DNA of 64,000 bases from Candidatus Woesebacteria bacterium (GTDB lineage: Bacteria; Patescibacteriota; Microgenomatia; UBA8517). This document shows, piece after piece, positions 48,706 through 58,761 of the stretch. The stretch covers positions 643,667-707,666 of the forward strand of contig CP065002.1 in assembly GCA_016700095.1 (NCBI GenBank), written 5' to 3'. The notes below the pieces were generated by a model that did no database searches, was not told the DNA's origin, and saw nothing but the letters and a program-made list of their open reading frames with translations. Positions within the stretch are counted from its first letter, which is position 1, and each line of letters begins with the position of its first letter. The position numbers and the translations under genes were made by a program.

Positions 48706-49935
48706 TTACCCAAACATTAACCATTCAGGCTTGAAAAACAAAAGTAAGCCAATTGTAATCATTAATAGTCCGCCAATTAGATGTGATACCCTACTGTACT
48801 TGGTGCTGATACCCGTCATCTCGAGAGTAAGCATTGCTGTAAAAAATACAAATAGGTCATCAAGCATGAAAATAAAAATGTACAACATCATGTATAAATA
48901 ATATTGCCACGTGGGGAGATTACTTAGACTAAGAACTTGCGTAAAAATAACTGGTAATCCTGCCGAGCAGATTAGCTCAACCAGGTTTACAGCAAAAGCA
49001 AGAATTATAATCCCCATTAAAGCTATGGCAAACTTTTTTTGTTGTGTAATCGCTTTAATTTTTTCAAATACTATTCTTCGTTTCTCATCACCTGTCACTT
49101 TACAACCGCTATTTTTGTTAACAAAATACTCTCTTAAGTTGTAACTGCCTCCTAAAAGTGCAATCAGAGCGATCAAGGATCTCACCCATACAATAAATCC
49201 GATAAACAAAATTATATTTAGCCACGCAGCCATAAATAGAAAGTAAACAAACCCCGATGTAATTATGAAGGTCGTTCCCAAAATCCATCGTCTTTTCTTA
49301 TCTTTCATGCCAAGAAGTAAACTTATTAGAAATAAAAGAGTCCACATCGCACACGGATTAAAGCCATCTAATGCCCCCAATATTATAGTAAAAATAGGAA
49401 GTGATAATGACTTTGTTGTTATCTCACCAAAAATAGGAATATCTATTTTATCGGGAAATACTTGGTTGTCTTTTGCCTGTGTTTCGTTTATTTCACTTAC
49501 ATCAACTTGTCCATATTCTAAATTATTCTTTGTAAGTCCAACCAAATTTGCCAAAGAATCATCACAAGAATTATTGATACATGTGTTAATGTGGTTCTCA
49601 ATTTGTTTTGAAATTACCGATTCATTGAAACCGACAAATTCTTTGTTGCCGACAATGGTTAATGGTACCCCGGACACTTCAAAATTTAGTATTTCACTGA
49701 CATCCATCAACAATTCTCTGTTGTCTTTGTTATTCCATATTTCGAAATCAACAACATTAACTTCGGGATATTTTCTCTCTAGAGATTCCAAAAACGGCTT
49801 TTCCTTGGCGCAGTGAGGGCATCCTTCTCCCCAAAAGAAATAGACGTTAACTTGTGCGTCTTTGGACATTGCAGGTTTAACGGATATTACCAATAACACA
49901 ACAATAAAAATCAGTTTCGAAATTATTTTGATCAT
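48706..49935 (-). CDS. Thioredoxin-fold domain (CPHC) fused to a CcdA/DsbD-type transmembrane thiol-transfer domain
   Basis: N-terminal signal then FFWGEGCPHCAKEKP. C-terminal polytopic region with a conserved Cys (DGFNPCAMW). Confidence 0.55.
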   Translation of the reverse strand: MIKIISKLIFIVVLLVISVKPAMSKDAQVNVYFFWGEGCPHCAKEKPFLESLERKYPEVNVVDFEIWNNKDNRELLMDVSEILNFEVSGVPLTIVGNKEFVGFNESVISKQIENHINTCINNSCDDSLANLVGLTKNNLEYGQVDVSEINETQAKDNQVFPDKIDIPIFGEITTKSLSLPIFTIILGALDGFNPCAMWTLLFLISLLLGMKDKKRRWILGTTFIITSGFVYFLFMAAWLNIILFIGFIVWVRSLIALIALLGGSYNLREYFVNKNSGCKVTGDEKRRIVFEKIKAITQQKKFAIALMGIIILAFAVNLVELICSAGLPVIFTQVLSLSNLPTWQYYLYMMLYIFIFMLDDLFVFFTAMLTLEMTGISTKYSRVSHLIGGLLMITIGLLLFFKPEWLMFG

Positions 49936-49984
49936 AGATTGCGATTACTTACACTACACCCAAGTTCCTATTTGCGTTGTCGTT

Positions 49985-50254
49985 TTATTCTCCCTTGTGC
50001 TCGTTAATTACATTCAGTAATTCTTCTTTTGACACCTCACCGTTTAAGCGCAGCACTTCATTTTCATTTCTGTCAAGAAAAACGAAGGTTGGTAGATTAT
50101 TATTGATTTTGTACTTTTCAACCATATGTTTGTCTTCATCGAAATCAAAATATATCGTTTCTAGCCACGGATTTTCTTTTTCAATCTCTGCCCACCTTGG
50201 TTTCATGACAAGACAACCTGCACACCACACAGCTCCAAATTTAAGTACCTTCAT
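49985..50254 (-). CDS. Thioredoxin-like protein (CAGC active site)
   Basis: KFGAVWCAGCLVMKP and thioredoxin-fold length. Confidence 0.55.
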   Translation of the reverse strand: MKVLKFGAVWCAGCLVMKPRWAEIEKENPWLETIYFDFDEDKHMVEKYKINNNLPTFVFLDRNENEVLRLNGEVSKEELLNVINEHKGE

Positions 50255-50375
50255 AATTAATCACCTCCCAACAATTAATATCATACAACCAAAATATAAC
50301 TACTCAAATACCTACTCTTAAAAAGTAGATGATAATAGATTACGCTAATTATTAACTTTGATGTAGTATTAGTTA

Positions 50376-51095
50376 ATGCAGTTACAAAAATATATTTCTC
50401 ATATATTAACGTTTCTTCACAAACACCCTTTTTTAATATTGGTAATTGGAATTTCTACTGGACTTGCCATCGCAAGTATTTCTTTTAACTCGGTTAACCA
50501 TGGATTACGGGGATCAAAATTAGAAGATGTTGAAACAAATGAATCTTACAAATTCTCTCAACCGTTATCGAGAAATGAATTATCTCAAAACAAAAATGGC
50601 TTGACTGAAGAGTTTCATTTTGCAAACGAGGTATATATGCTCTACTATGACTATGTAAATATTGACAGCAGTAATCTTCCGCAATCCGGTAAGTATGTAT
50701 TAGTCAACAACACGACACAGGAAGAAATTGTGCTTTTTGAAGAACCTTTTGATAATTGCCGCATTGATTCGGTCGTTAAATCAAATCTTTTGTTCAATGT
50801 CGATACTCTACATATTTTATCTACGTCACTTTGTGGAGATAGAACAAAGCGTATTCTTATGAATCTAAGTAACGAGGTTTCAATAAATGGTCAGTCGTCA
50901 TATAAAGTCGGTGAAACAAAGATAATTGACCTTGGCGATAACTTCAACAAATTTTACAAAGTACTTGGGTTTTTATCATCCGAGAAAATCCTGGTGCAAG
51001 AAATCACTTTGAATGCAAGCGGACTTTATGACCAAATCAGATATTTAACAGTAAATATTAATAATACCCATGATATGCGTGAAATTGATAACTAA
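50376..51095 (+). CDS. Hypothetical membrane-anchored protein
   Basis: One N-terminal TM. Confidence 0.35.
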   Translation: MQLQKYISHILTFLHKHPFLILVIGISTGLAIASISFNSVNHGLRGSKLEDVETNESYKFSQPLSRNELSQNKNGLTEEFHFANEVYMLYYDYVNIDSSNLPQSGKYVLVNNTTQEEIVLFEEPFDNCRIDSVVKSNLLFNVDTLHILSTSLCGDRTKRILMNLSNEVSINGQSSYKVGETKIIDLGDNFNKFYKVLGFLSSEKILVQEITLNASGLYDQIRYLTVNINNTHDMREIDN

Positions 51096-51262
51096 ATAAG
51101 TGTTAATCTGACCTTACGCCATCTTTCAAACCAGGCATTGAAAAGGTTGGACCCTGCAAAGAAAAACACTGAAATATTGATCAAGTAAAGATTAAACAAA
51201 AATACTTTCCGTGTTACAAGACAAAGCTGTTCAAATACAAATACTTTGGTTGAGAAAATACT

Positions 51263-51496
51263 TCAAAAGGTTTGCCCGCAATTCTTACACGGTCCCCTAG
51301 AGTTTATTTCAATATCTAGTCTTGTGATATCATTTTGAAATTTATTTGCCTCACTGCTAAACCTAATAAATTCATCAATATTTCTGGCTTTCGATGCTCT
51401 TGTTCTTGCGGTTCTTTCGTGAATTCCAAGACCGTTTATTTTTTGCCGCATTTCTACCAACCAACATGTATCATCTTTTGTATATTCGCAGGCCAT
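51263..51496 (-). CDS. Small Cys-rich hypothetical protein
   Basis: CEYTKDDTCW ... GPCKNCGQTF; Cys arrangement reminiscent of a zinc ribbon. Confidence 0.3.
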   Translation of the reverse strand: MACEYTKDDTCWLVEMRQKINGLGIHERTARTRASKARNIDEFIRFSSEANKFQNDITRLDIEINSRGPCKNCGQTF

Positions 51497-51609
51497 ATTT
51501 AATACTTAATATATTTTAAGTTTTTCCTTAACTAATTTAAACTGTTCCGGGTATGTTTATACAACATTTCAAAATTACGTGTGTGCAACTTACCCCGTGT
51601 TTTACTTTC

Positions 51610-51861
51610 TTAAATAATGCATGATTCCGATAGATTATTATAACAATTCATATCTTCTATATGTGTTATGGGTACAAGAGTTTGGTTATTTAAACCCCCA
51701 CCGCACATGGGTGGGACTATACCACCAAAGGGTGTACAAGCTTGTGATATACGTGCAGGGCAAACCTTGCAAATCTCACCCGTGTGCGCCGGAAAGGGTG
51801 ATCCATCTTGCGTGGTTAGGACTCTAACAAAGCTTGTCTCTATAAATAATTCATATTTCAT
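51610..51861 (-). CDS. Small Cys/Gly/Pro-rich hypothetical protein overlapping a GC-rich island (may instead be a structured RNA)
   Basis: 7 Cys in 83 aa. ORFs are open in three frames over 51620-51930. Confidence 0.25.
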   Translation of the reverse strand: MKYELFIETSFVRVLTTQDGSPFPAHTGEICKVCPARISQACTPFGGIVPPMCGGGLNNQTLVPITHIEDMNCYNNLSESCII

Positions 51862-52050
51862 GAAACCTATTATACACTATAGGTCTTCTAATAAAAATAT
51901 ATTACTTATTTGTCAAGATAAGTACACTTGATTATTTATAGACAATGCATGTGTAGTTATATGAATATATTTAATAGATAAAAAATAACAAAAGTTTCCT
52001 TTTATTAATCAAGTAATTACGAATGTTTTAAAAACAACTACTTTTTACAA

Positions 52051-52626
52051 TTGTTTCTTTATTATTATATATTTAAAATACCGTTTATCATGAAAAACGT
52101 TTTATTTTTACAAAGCTGGTATTCAAATATTTCCGACAATTGGTATCCATGGCTACAAAAAGAGTTAGCAAGGATCGGGTATGTAACTAACTTCACAGAT
52201 ATTCCAGAGATGCGAAAAGATGCACCCAATATGGCTAAAATTCTTAAGTTCATTGAATCAAATAGTGTTTTAAATACAGACACAATTATTGTCGGACATA
52301 GCCTTGGTAACTTACTAGCTATGAGACTGGCGGAAAGATACAAGTTTAAAAAGATGATTCTTGTTTCGGTGTGGGATTACGATGATTTATGTGAAGGTCA
52401 TAAATCATTTTGGAAAACAAAGATAAACCATAAGGCTATAAAAAGAAACGTTAAGGATATTTATGTAATTCACTCCGATAATGATCCTTACTATACCGCA
52501 CTGGCAGCCAAAGATACGAGTAATAGGTTAAATGCCAAATATATATTACTTGAGGGTGGTGGACACTTTGGGTCAGAAGATGGGTATAAAAAACTTCCAC
52601 AGGTATTAGAACTGATTAAAAAATAA
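52051..52626 (+). CDS. Alpha/beta-hydrolase, YdeN/RBBP9-like serine hydrolase
   Basis: VGHSLGN nucleophile motif and about 170-aa size. The start is probably the MKNVLFLQSW Met. Confidence 0.5.
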   Translation: MFLYYYIFKIPFIMKNVLFLQSWYSNISDNWYPWLQKELARIGYVTNFTDIPEMRKDAPNMAKILKFIESNSVLNTDTIIVGHSLGNLLAMRLAERYKFKKMILVSVWDYDDLCEGHKSFWKTKINHKAIKRNVKDIYVIHSDNDPYYTALAAKDTSNRLNAKYILLEGGGHFGSEDGYKKLPQVLELIKK

Positions 52627-52702
52627 ATATGAAAATTAGTAAGAATAAGATATCCCAAAAAACATAACTTTTTAAAAACATGAATACGCGATAGAGATAA
52701 GT

Positions 52703-53107
52703 TTACAATAGAGTAAAGGCCTGTTTTTCATCCTCGTGTTTCATTACTTCATAAACTCTTTCAATCAACATCCAATCATAACCAATACTTTCTTCATAAA
52801 GAATAATTTGGATATCTATATCTTTTACTTTTAAGGCAATAAAATGAGCCTCAGTTGGTCCATGCTTTCCGTCAAACTCGATTTTATAATCTAAGTTTTT
52901 AGTTTCATCAAAAGTATTAATGCCATATTCCTCACTTGTCTCTTTTTTTGCGGCAATTTTCAAGCTTTCCCCCTTTTTTATATCTCCAAATATAATAGTC
53001 CACTCGTCATCGTAGCCATTAAAAGGTTTGTTATGGCGAATGAGAAATCTTCTTTTTCCAACAGGGTCGATGGTCCAAACGATTACGGCAACTTTTTTGT
53101 GAATCAT
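52703..53107 (-). CDS. NUDIX-fold hydrolase (degenerate Nudix box)
   Basis: GESLKIAAKKETSEEYGI. Confidence 0.5.
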   Translation of the reverse strand: MIHKKVAVIVWTIDPVGKRRFLIRHNKPFNGYDDEWTIIFGDIKKGESLKIAAKKETSEEYGINTFDETKNLDYKIEFDGKHGPTEAHFIALKVKDIDIQIILYEESIGYDWMLIERVYEVMKHEDEKQAFTLL

Positions 53108-53202
53108 TTATTAAATATGACTTACTTAAACAAGATATTTTGAAAAATATACATAGTACCATTATTACAATAAAGTCCACTTAATAATGATAACATGAAG
53201 CT

Positions 53203-53955
53203 ATGCAACTAGAAGATAAAGGCAGAGATAATTTCCATAATTATGTCAAATTACTAAAAAGGCTTATTGTCAATCAAAATATACACTTTGATCTTATTGT
53301 CGGCGCCGGTGATTCCGGAATGTCAATGTCAAAGATTGCGGAATTAGTCTATATAGAACTTGGTTTAGTCATTCCCAAATTACTGACTATTCCCTATTAC
53401 AGATTTACAAAAAAGAATGTATCAAGCGGAAATGAATATCTAAATCCAAACACCTACCTCAGTAAAGTAATAAATACAATTCAGGGTATTTCCAGTATAA
53501 AACACGTATTATTTGTTGACGATGAAATAGGTCAAGGAAATACCGTCTTTGGTACAATTAAAATCCTTGAAAAAGTACTACCTGATACGAAATATGTTGA
53601 CTTATATATTTTAGCGGAAGATCACGGTTTTGATCCGAAAGTGCTTAAGACAGAAATAAAAATATTTTTCAAACCTTTCTCAAACTCCCAAAAGGATATT
53701 TATAACGCAATTTCTTACATCATTCCATACGAGATCGAAAAATATATTACCGAAAAATATTCTGATGAGACTATCGGATCAAAAGTTCGTATGAATTCTT
53801 TGTTTGGATTACCCAGCAAAGAGATGGTAAAAAGCGTTCCTGTTTGGTCATACAGTATTTACAATAAACTGCAAAAGGAAATTCCTAACTTTAGTCACCT
53901 GAGAATTGATTTTGAGAAGTATATTATTTCTTTAATAAGGAAAGCTGTGCAATAG
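53203..53955 (+). CDS. Atypical phosphoribosyltransferase-fold (PRT-like) protein
   Basis: VLFVDDEIGQGNT resembles the PRPP-binding loop. Confidence 0.35.
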   Translation: MQLEDKGRDNFHNYVKLLKRLIVNQNIHFDLIVGAGDSGMSMSKIAELVYIELGLVIPKLLTIPYYRFTKKNVSSGNEYLNPNTYLSKVINTIQGISSIKHVLFVDDEIGQGNTVFGTIKILEKVLPDTKYVDLYILAEDHGFDPKVLKTEIKIFFKPFSNSQKDIYNAISYIIPYEIEKYITEKYSDETIGSKVRMNSLFGLPSKEMVKSVPVWSYSIYNKLQKEIPNFSHLRIDFEKYIISLIRKAVQ

Positions 53956-54008
53956 AATGATGTTTATGTTGAATAGGTTGTTGAAGTAGACAACTTACGC
54001 TTCTAAAC

Positions 54009-54638
54009 TTATTTATCGTAATCTTTGATATACACTTCACCGTCTCTAAACGCCTTAAAAAGGATTTTGTTATCAATCAAATGCTCAATTTCTTTGTCAA
54101 TGTCAGCAGACTCCGGATGATCTGATTTGTAATGAGGCTCGAAAGCAAAATCAATTATGCCCAAACCTTCCCAGCAAACTTTTTCTTTGGGATAGGCATC
54201 TTGCAGAGCTAGTGGATTGTCCACAAAATCAATTCCCTTGAGTGAAGGAGATAAAACACACGCACCTGCACTGTACCCTGCATAAACAAAATCAGAACCT
54301 TCATATTTATTTATGATATCGTCAAACCCACTTTTTTTCATCGCCACACGGAGTACAAAACAGTTTCCACCGCGAACCCAAACCGCATCAAAATTGCGTA
54401 GGAATAATTCCAACTCATCACGTTTTCCGAAATACTTACGTAGGTCTAATATTTCGGGTTTTAATCCGAGAAGTTTTAACTCGGCAATTTCAAGATCTTC
54501 ACCTTTTTTACGTCTCTCTAAATCCGAATAACAGTCTAATGCATTGGAAATAATAGCAATGCGTTTATTCCCGCCTACCATGTGCGCCAGCCTTTGCCCT
54601 TCGTCGCCAATTTTAAATGATGATAAATATAGTTTCAT
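54009..54638 (-). CDS. Peptidase S51 family (dipeptidase E/cyanophycinase-like)
   Basis: WVRGGNCFVL and YAGYSAGA (catalytic Ser region). Confidence 0.6.
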   Translation of the reverse strand: MKLYLSSFKIGDEGQRLAHMVGGNKRIAIISNALDCYSDLERRKKGEDLEIAELKLLGLKPEILDLRKYFGKRDELELFLRNFDAVWVRGGNCFVLRVAMKKSGFDDIINKYEGSDFVYAGYSAGACVLSPSLKGIDFVDNPLALQDAYPKEKVCWEGLGIIDFAFEPHYKSDHPESADIDKEIEHLIDNKILFKAFRDGEVYIKDYDK

Positions 54639-54882
54639 TGATTAAACCGCTAAAATTACAATATCTAAATACCACTTCGCCGTAGTACATGGTTTGATGG
54701 TACTTGGGATTAATTATACACGAGTTTATTTTAATACAACCTATACATTTAGTATTTAACCGTGACGTAAAACTAGTATATGCACTAACAAAAGTGTAAT
54801 TTTTAATCGTTGCCAATAATAACTCGTAACAATAATCAGGTTGGATCTAGGAGTAATAAAAACTATTTAATATAATGCTTAT

Positions 54883-55425
54883 ATGGACGTACTAAGTTTC
54901 TCCAGGGAAACCAAAAAGACTGCAGAGAGAATTCTTGAGGAAACAGGTATAGTGGAGAAATTGTCTTCACACGGCAAAGTGAGTATTGGAGGCAGTTATG
55001 CATTGGACTTGATGTATGGACCGGATATTGATATTACAGTTGAGTGCAAGAACCCTCGAGAAGCTTCAGTCGAATGTTTAAACTCCTTTGTGAAAAACAG
55101 TAAATTCCAAAAGTATGAATATGGGGATTTTGTAAAGCATCCGAGAGTAAACAGACCAGCAGGTTATATTGTAAATCTTAGAAATGTATTTGAAGATAAG
55201 ATGTGGGAAGTGGAAATATGGTTTCTTGATTCTGTTGAAAAAGTAGATCGAGAATACATTAACGAAATAAAAAAGAAATTAACCCCAGACGCTTGTGAGA
55301 GCATACTTCTAATCAAACATCAGCGTGAGGAAAAGCAAATTTCGAAGCATGAGCTCTCGAGCGTCAAAATTTATGATGCTGTAATAAACAATGGTGCAAA
55401 AAGTATTGAAGATATCCATTTATGA
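54883..55425 (+). CDS. Minimal nucleotidyltransferase-fold protein
   Basis: GGSYALDLMYGPDIDITV is the GS...D.D NTase motif. Confidence 0.5.
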   Translation: MDVLSFSRETKKTAERILEETGIVEKLSSHGKVSIGGSYALDLMYGPDIDITVECKNPREASVECLNSFVKNSKFQKYEYGDFVKHPRVNRPAGYIVNLRNVFEDKMWEVEIWFLDSVEKVDREYINEIKKKLTPDACESILLIKHQREEKQISKHELSSVKIYDAVINNGAKSIEDIHL

Positions 55426-55616
55426 AAGTTTATCACCCTACTTTATCACCCTACAGGTGAAATGAATTAACACAGCTCACTTTTTAGAATTAGTACGGTA
55501 ACTTAGAGTTAGTTGCCATCGGACGTTCATATATAGATATACCTTAAACTTACAGAATGCTTATTAAGAACAGTCCCAAGTATATAGCACATCACTAAAA
55601 TCTAGTTTTTGAAGAT

Positions 55617-56363
55617 TTACTGGTTTAATAAAAAGTTTGCTACTCCCACATCCCCCCACATTATTTCAGCAATATTTTGCTTTGGATAATACTCACTGTC
55701 CATTTGAAACAATAAGGTAGAATAATCTGTGAATTTATCATTGCCTCTGGGATCATCTTGAGTGAAATTGGGATAACCTCCTATTTTATGACCGGTTGGA
55801 TCAGAAAATTTAAGATATGTTTTAACTAACTCACTGTAAAAATCATCAAAAGCTTTGTCGTAATTAATTTCACTTTCATATCGAAAATCAACATAGGGAA
55901 TAGATGCGATACTTCTCTTGAATGTTAAAGAAAACTCATTTTCTAATACAAAGGTTTCTTTTGGGGTAGGCCAATCATAATCTAAAATCGGATTTGTATT
56001 AATGAATTGTTCTTTTGAAATATACAAGACCCTGAAATTATCTTGTTTTGTTCTGTTGGCAAAATCCAAACCCCTTAAATTGTTATCAGATATAAACATT
56101 TGTAGAATCCCTGTTTCCGGAAAATCAGCAAGTTTTGGTACTTCTTCAAAATTTATCTGAGCCAAAAATATCAACTTTTGACCTGCGGCATTTTTGGGGT
56201 ACTCAACTTCATCTATTAGCAATGGCTTACCCCCAAATTTGCTTTGAGTTGGAGATAACTCCTCGGAGACAGCTTGACTTTTAATAGCAATATATTCCTT
56301 AAAAGTTTTATTAATTCTATCTTCGTATTGTTTTAATATATTGGGTAATTCAGGTAAATCCAT
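55617..56363 (-). CDS. DUF1963 (YwqG-like) domain protein
   Basis: KFGGKP....LIFLAQINFEE....ETGILQMF ... GHKIGGYPNFTQDDP. Confidence 0.6.
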   Translation of the reverse strand: MDLPELPNILKQYEDRINKTFKEYIAIKSQAVSEELSPTQSKFGGKPLLIDEVEYPKNAAGQKLIFLAQINFEEVPKLADFPETGILQMFISDNNLRGLDFANRTKQDNFRVLYISKEQFINTNPILDYDWPTPKETFVLENEFSLTFKRSIASIPYVDFRYESEINYDKAFDDFYSELVKTYLKFSDPTGHKIGGYPNFTQDDPRGNDKFTDYSTLLFQMDSEYYPKQNIAEIMWGDVGVANFLLNQ

Positions 56364-56592
56364 GTTTAAATATTAACAATATATTAATATTACTACGAAC
56401 ATTTATTAAAAAGAATACTTGGAGTAACAAGGTATATATCTAATATGGATTATATCACCCTACAGGTGAAATGAATTAATACAGCTCACTTTTAAGAATT
56501 AATACAGTAACTTAGGATCAGCTACCATCGGACATTCGAACATGGATATACCTTAATCCTACAGAAAGCTTTATAAGAACAGTCACAAAATG

Positions 56593-57141
56593 GTTTATCA
56601 CCCTACAGGTGAAATGAATTAACACAGCTCACTTTTTAGAATTAGTACGGTAACTTAGAGTTAGTTGCCATCGGACGTTCATATATAGATATACCTTAAA
56701 CTTACAGAATGCTTATTAAGAACAGTCCCAAGTATATAGCACATCACTAAAATCTAGTTTTTGAAGATTTACTGGTTTAATAAAAAAGTTTGCTACTCCC
56801 ACATCCCCCCACATTATTTCAGCAATATTTTGCTTTGGATAATACTCACTGTCCATTTGAAACAATAAGGTAGAATAATCTGTGAATTTATCATTGCCTC
56901 TGGGATCATCTTGAGTGAAATTGGGATAACCTCCTATTTTATGACCGGTTGGATCAGAAAATTTAAGATATGTTTTAACTAACTCACTGTAAAAATCATC
57001 AAAAGCTTTGTCGTAATTAATTTCACTTTCATATCGAAAATCAACATAGGGAATAGATGCGATACTTCTCTTGAATGTTAAAGAAAACTCATTTTCTAAT
57101 ACGAAGGTTTCTTTTGGGGTAGGCCAATCATAATCTAAAAT
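56593..57141 (+). repeat. About 550-bp segmental duplication of 55428-55988 (repeat core plus tRNA-like module plus the 3' 372 bp of the DUF1963 gene)
   Basis: More than 98% identical. One 13-nt and one 1-nt indel. Confidence 0.85.
56770..57141 (-). pseudogene. Truncated duplicate (C-terminal about 120 codons) of the DUF1963 gene, carrying a 1-nt insertion in a poly-A run
   Basis: Copy of 55617-55988. It lacks its 5' two-thirds and promoter. An A8-to-A9 frameshift lies near the 3' end. Confidence 0.7.
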
Positions 57142-57386
57142 AAATCCTCAACAAAATTAATCAAATTCTTTAATTGAAGAATTAATCTATTTATCCATAT
57201 CCTTTGTGTGAAGATTAGCTTATATTCACCACTTACCACAAAAGACAATCTTTACCTCTCTCGAGTTTATAATATTATCCCCCAATAAAAGCGTTAATAG
57301 TCATATCAATACAAAATGTCTTATTGATATTTTGCTTGGTAAGCTTGGAATTCCTATAAAGTAAAAAACCTGTCATTTTTTTTAGT

Positions 57387-57959
57387 TTGCTATATAATAT
57401 GTTTATGGTAGAAAAAGAGGCAAATTATTATGGCGATCCCGTTAACGACTTTGAATTAAGAATAGTTCAAAAGCCAAAAGAAGAAAAAGGGCAAACTTAT
57501 GATAATGGCATTCAAGGTGAAACTGACGGCTTGTTAGATGTTGTCAGAAAAATTGTTCCAGAAGATGTTTTAGTTAAAATGGGTGGGCAAATCACAACAG
57601 TTTCTCTGGGCGGGACATTTAGTGAGAAAAGTATCGTCTTACCAAACACACCTCTCGTGCGCGATCCCGAGAAAGATGCGAGATCTCATGGAGGCGGAGC
57701 TAGTCCTGGAATGGGTGGTATGCGAACAGAACAAACGTTTTATCACGATGGAACTCAGGTAGATACAGTTGCCCCAGAGGCTCCCAAAAAGAGTAGACTT
57801 TCTGGTTTATTTGGTCGGGGTACTAAAACACCTCCGAAAAGATTGGTAAATGGTGCGCGAAACATAGTATCAGTAACCATTGGAAGCGACGATGAAATAA
57901 AAGATTTTAAAGTTAATAATATCGTCGTATACGAATATATTGATACCCCCGATCAGTAA
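57387..57959 (+). CDS. Hypothetical protein (Gly-rich central region)
   Basis: ORF only. Confidence 0.35.
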   Translation: MLYNMFMVEKEANYYGDPVNDFELRIVQKPKEEKGQTYDNGIQGETDGLLDVVRKIVPEDVLVKMGGQITTVSLGGTFSEKSIVLPNTPLVRDPEKDARSHGGGASPGMGGMRTEQTFYHDGTQVDTVAPEAPKKSRLSGLFGRGTKTPPKRLVNGARNIVSVTIGSDDEIKDFKVNNIVVYEYIDTPDQ

Positions 57960-57976
57960 TTTGCTATAATCTCCAC

Positions 57977-58183
57977 ATGTGTGAAGCAAAACTAAGATAT
58001 TCCCAACGTTTAACAAATGAGGAAAAACTAGCAATACAGACTTGTCCTGGATTTATTTCAGCCCAAAACAGATCATTGGCGGATTATTATGAACCCAAAA
58101 GATGTGCAGATTGTAATTTAACTTCGACATTCACACCTTCCATTAATCAAATTAAAATTGAGGGAAAGTGTCCAAAAAAATAA
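57977..58183 (+). CDS. Small Cys-containing hypothetical protein
   Basis: 68 aa, 5 Cys. Confidence 0.3.
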   Translation: MCEAKLRYSQRLTNEEKLAIQTCPGFISAQNRSLADYYEPKRCADCNLTSTFTPSINQIKIEGKCPKK

Positions 58184-58607
58184 ATAGTTTTCTATATCTT
58201 ATTAAACTTCATCACAATTAATCTGCAATTAATATAAACTGAAACAAAGTTAGCAAAACGCTATTATTTCACTATTCCAGGGGAAATATCTCAAATTTCA
58301 CTAGTTCTCCATTAACGTAGGTGCAATGATACTGATGAGAACTTTTGTTATCAACCATATGAAGTAGGAAATGGAGAATGTTCTCGACCACTGCACTATT
58401 ATTCCTGTCCACCGTCCACTCAAGTGGTTTCCACTTTAAAATGCCCTCTCTTATTTCCCTACTTACAAAAGGTTTATCACCCTACAGGAGATTATCACCC
58501 TACAGGTGAAATGAATTAACACAGCTCACTTTTAAGTGAAATACATTATCACCCTACAGGTGAAATGAATTAACACAGCTCACTTTTAAGAATTAATACG
58601 GTAACTT

Positions 58608-58640
58608 AGAGTGGATGGCTGGACGACGTTCGAACCTATT
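58608..58640 (+). other. Degenerate partial copy of the tRNA-His 3' end (T-arm plus acceptor region), following repeat copy 58547
   Basis: GTGGATGGCTGGACGACGTTCGAACC versus the authentic GGTGGCTGACGAGTCTCGAACCCGCG at 60335. Confidence 0.55.
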
Positions 58641-58761
58641 TCGTGCCTATTTCAGTAGATTATCAGGTGATTAAAAGCATGTTATTACTTCAAGAAAAAG
58701 CTCAGTTTACCAATGTTTGACTGAACAGTAGAGTGCGAATTTCCTTCAGGCTAGAAAACAT

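Noticed and set aside
51600-51935. GC-rich island tested by eye for SRP RNA, RNase P RNA, tmRNA and 6S signatures
   Set aside because: None of the conserved motifs were found on either strand: GGAAGGAAGCAG (SRP), GGGUGAAA..GGUGCGGUAAGAGCGCACC (RNase P), or a tmRNA tag ORF and tRNA-like end. Left as unresolved; see findings.
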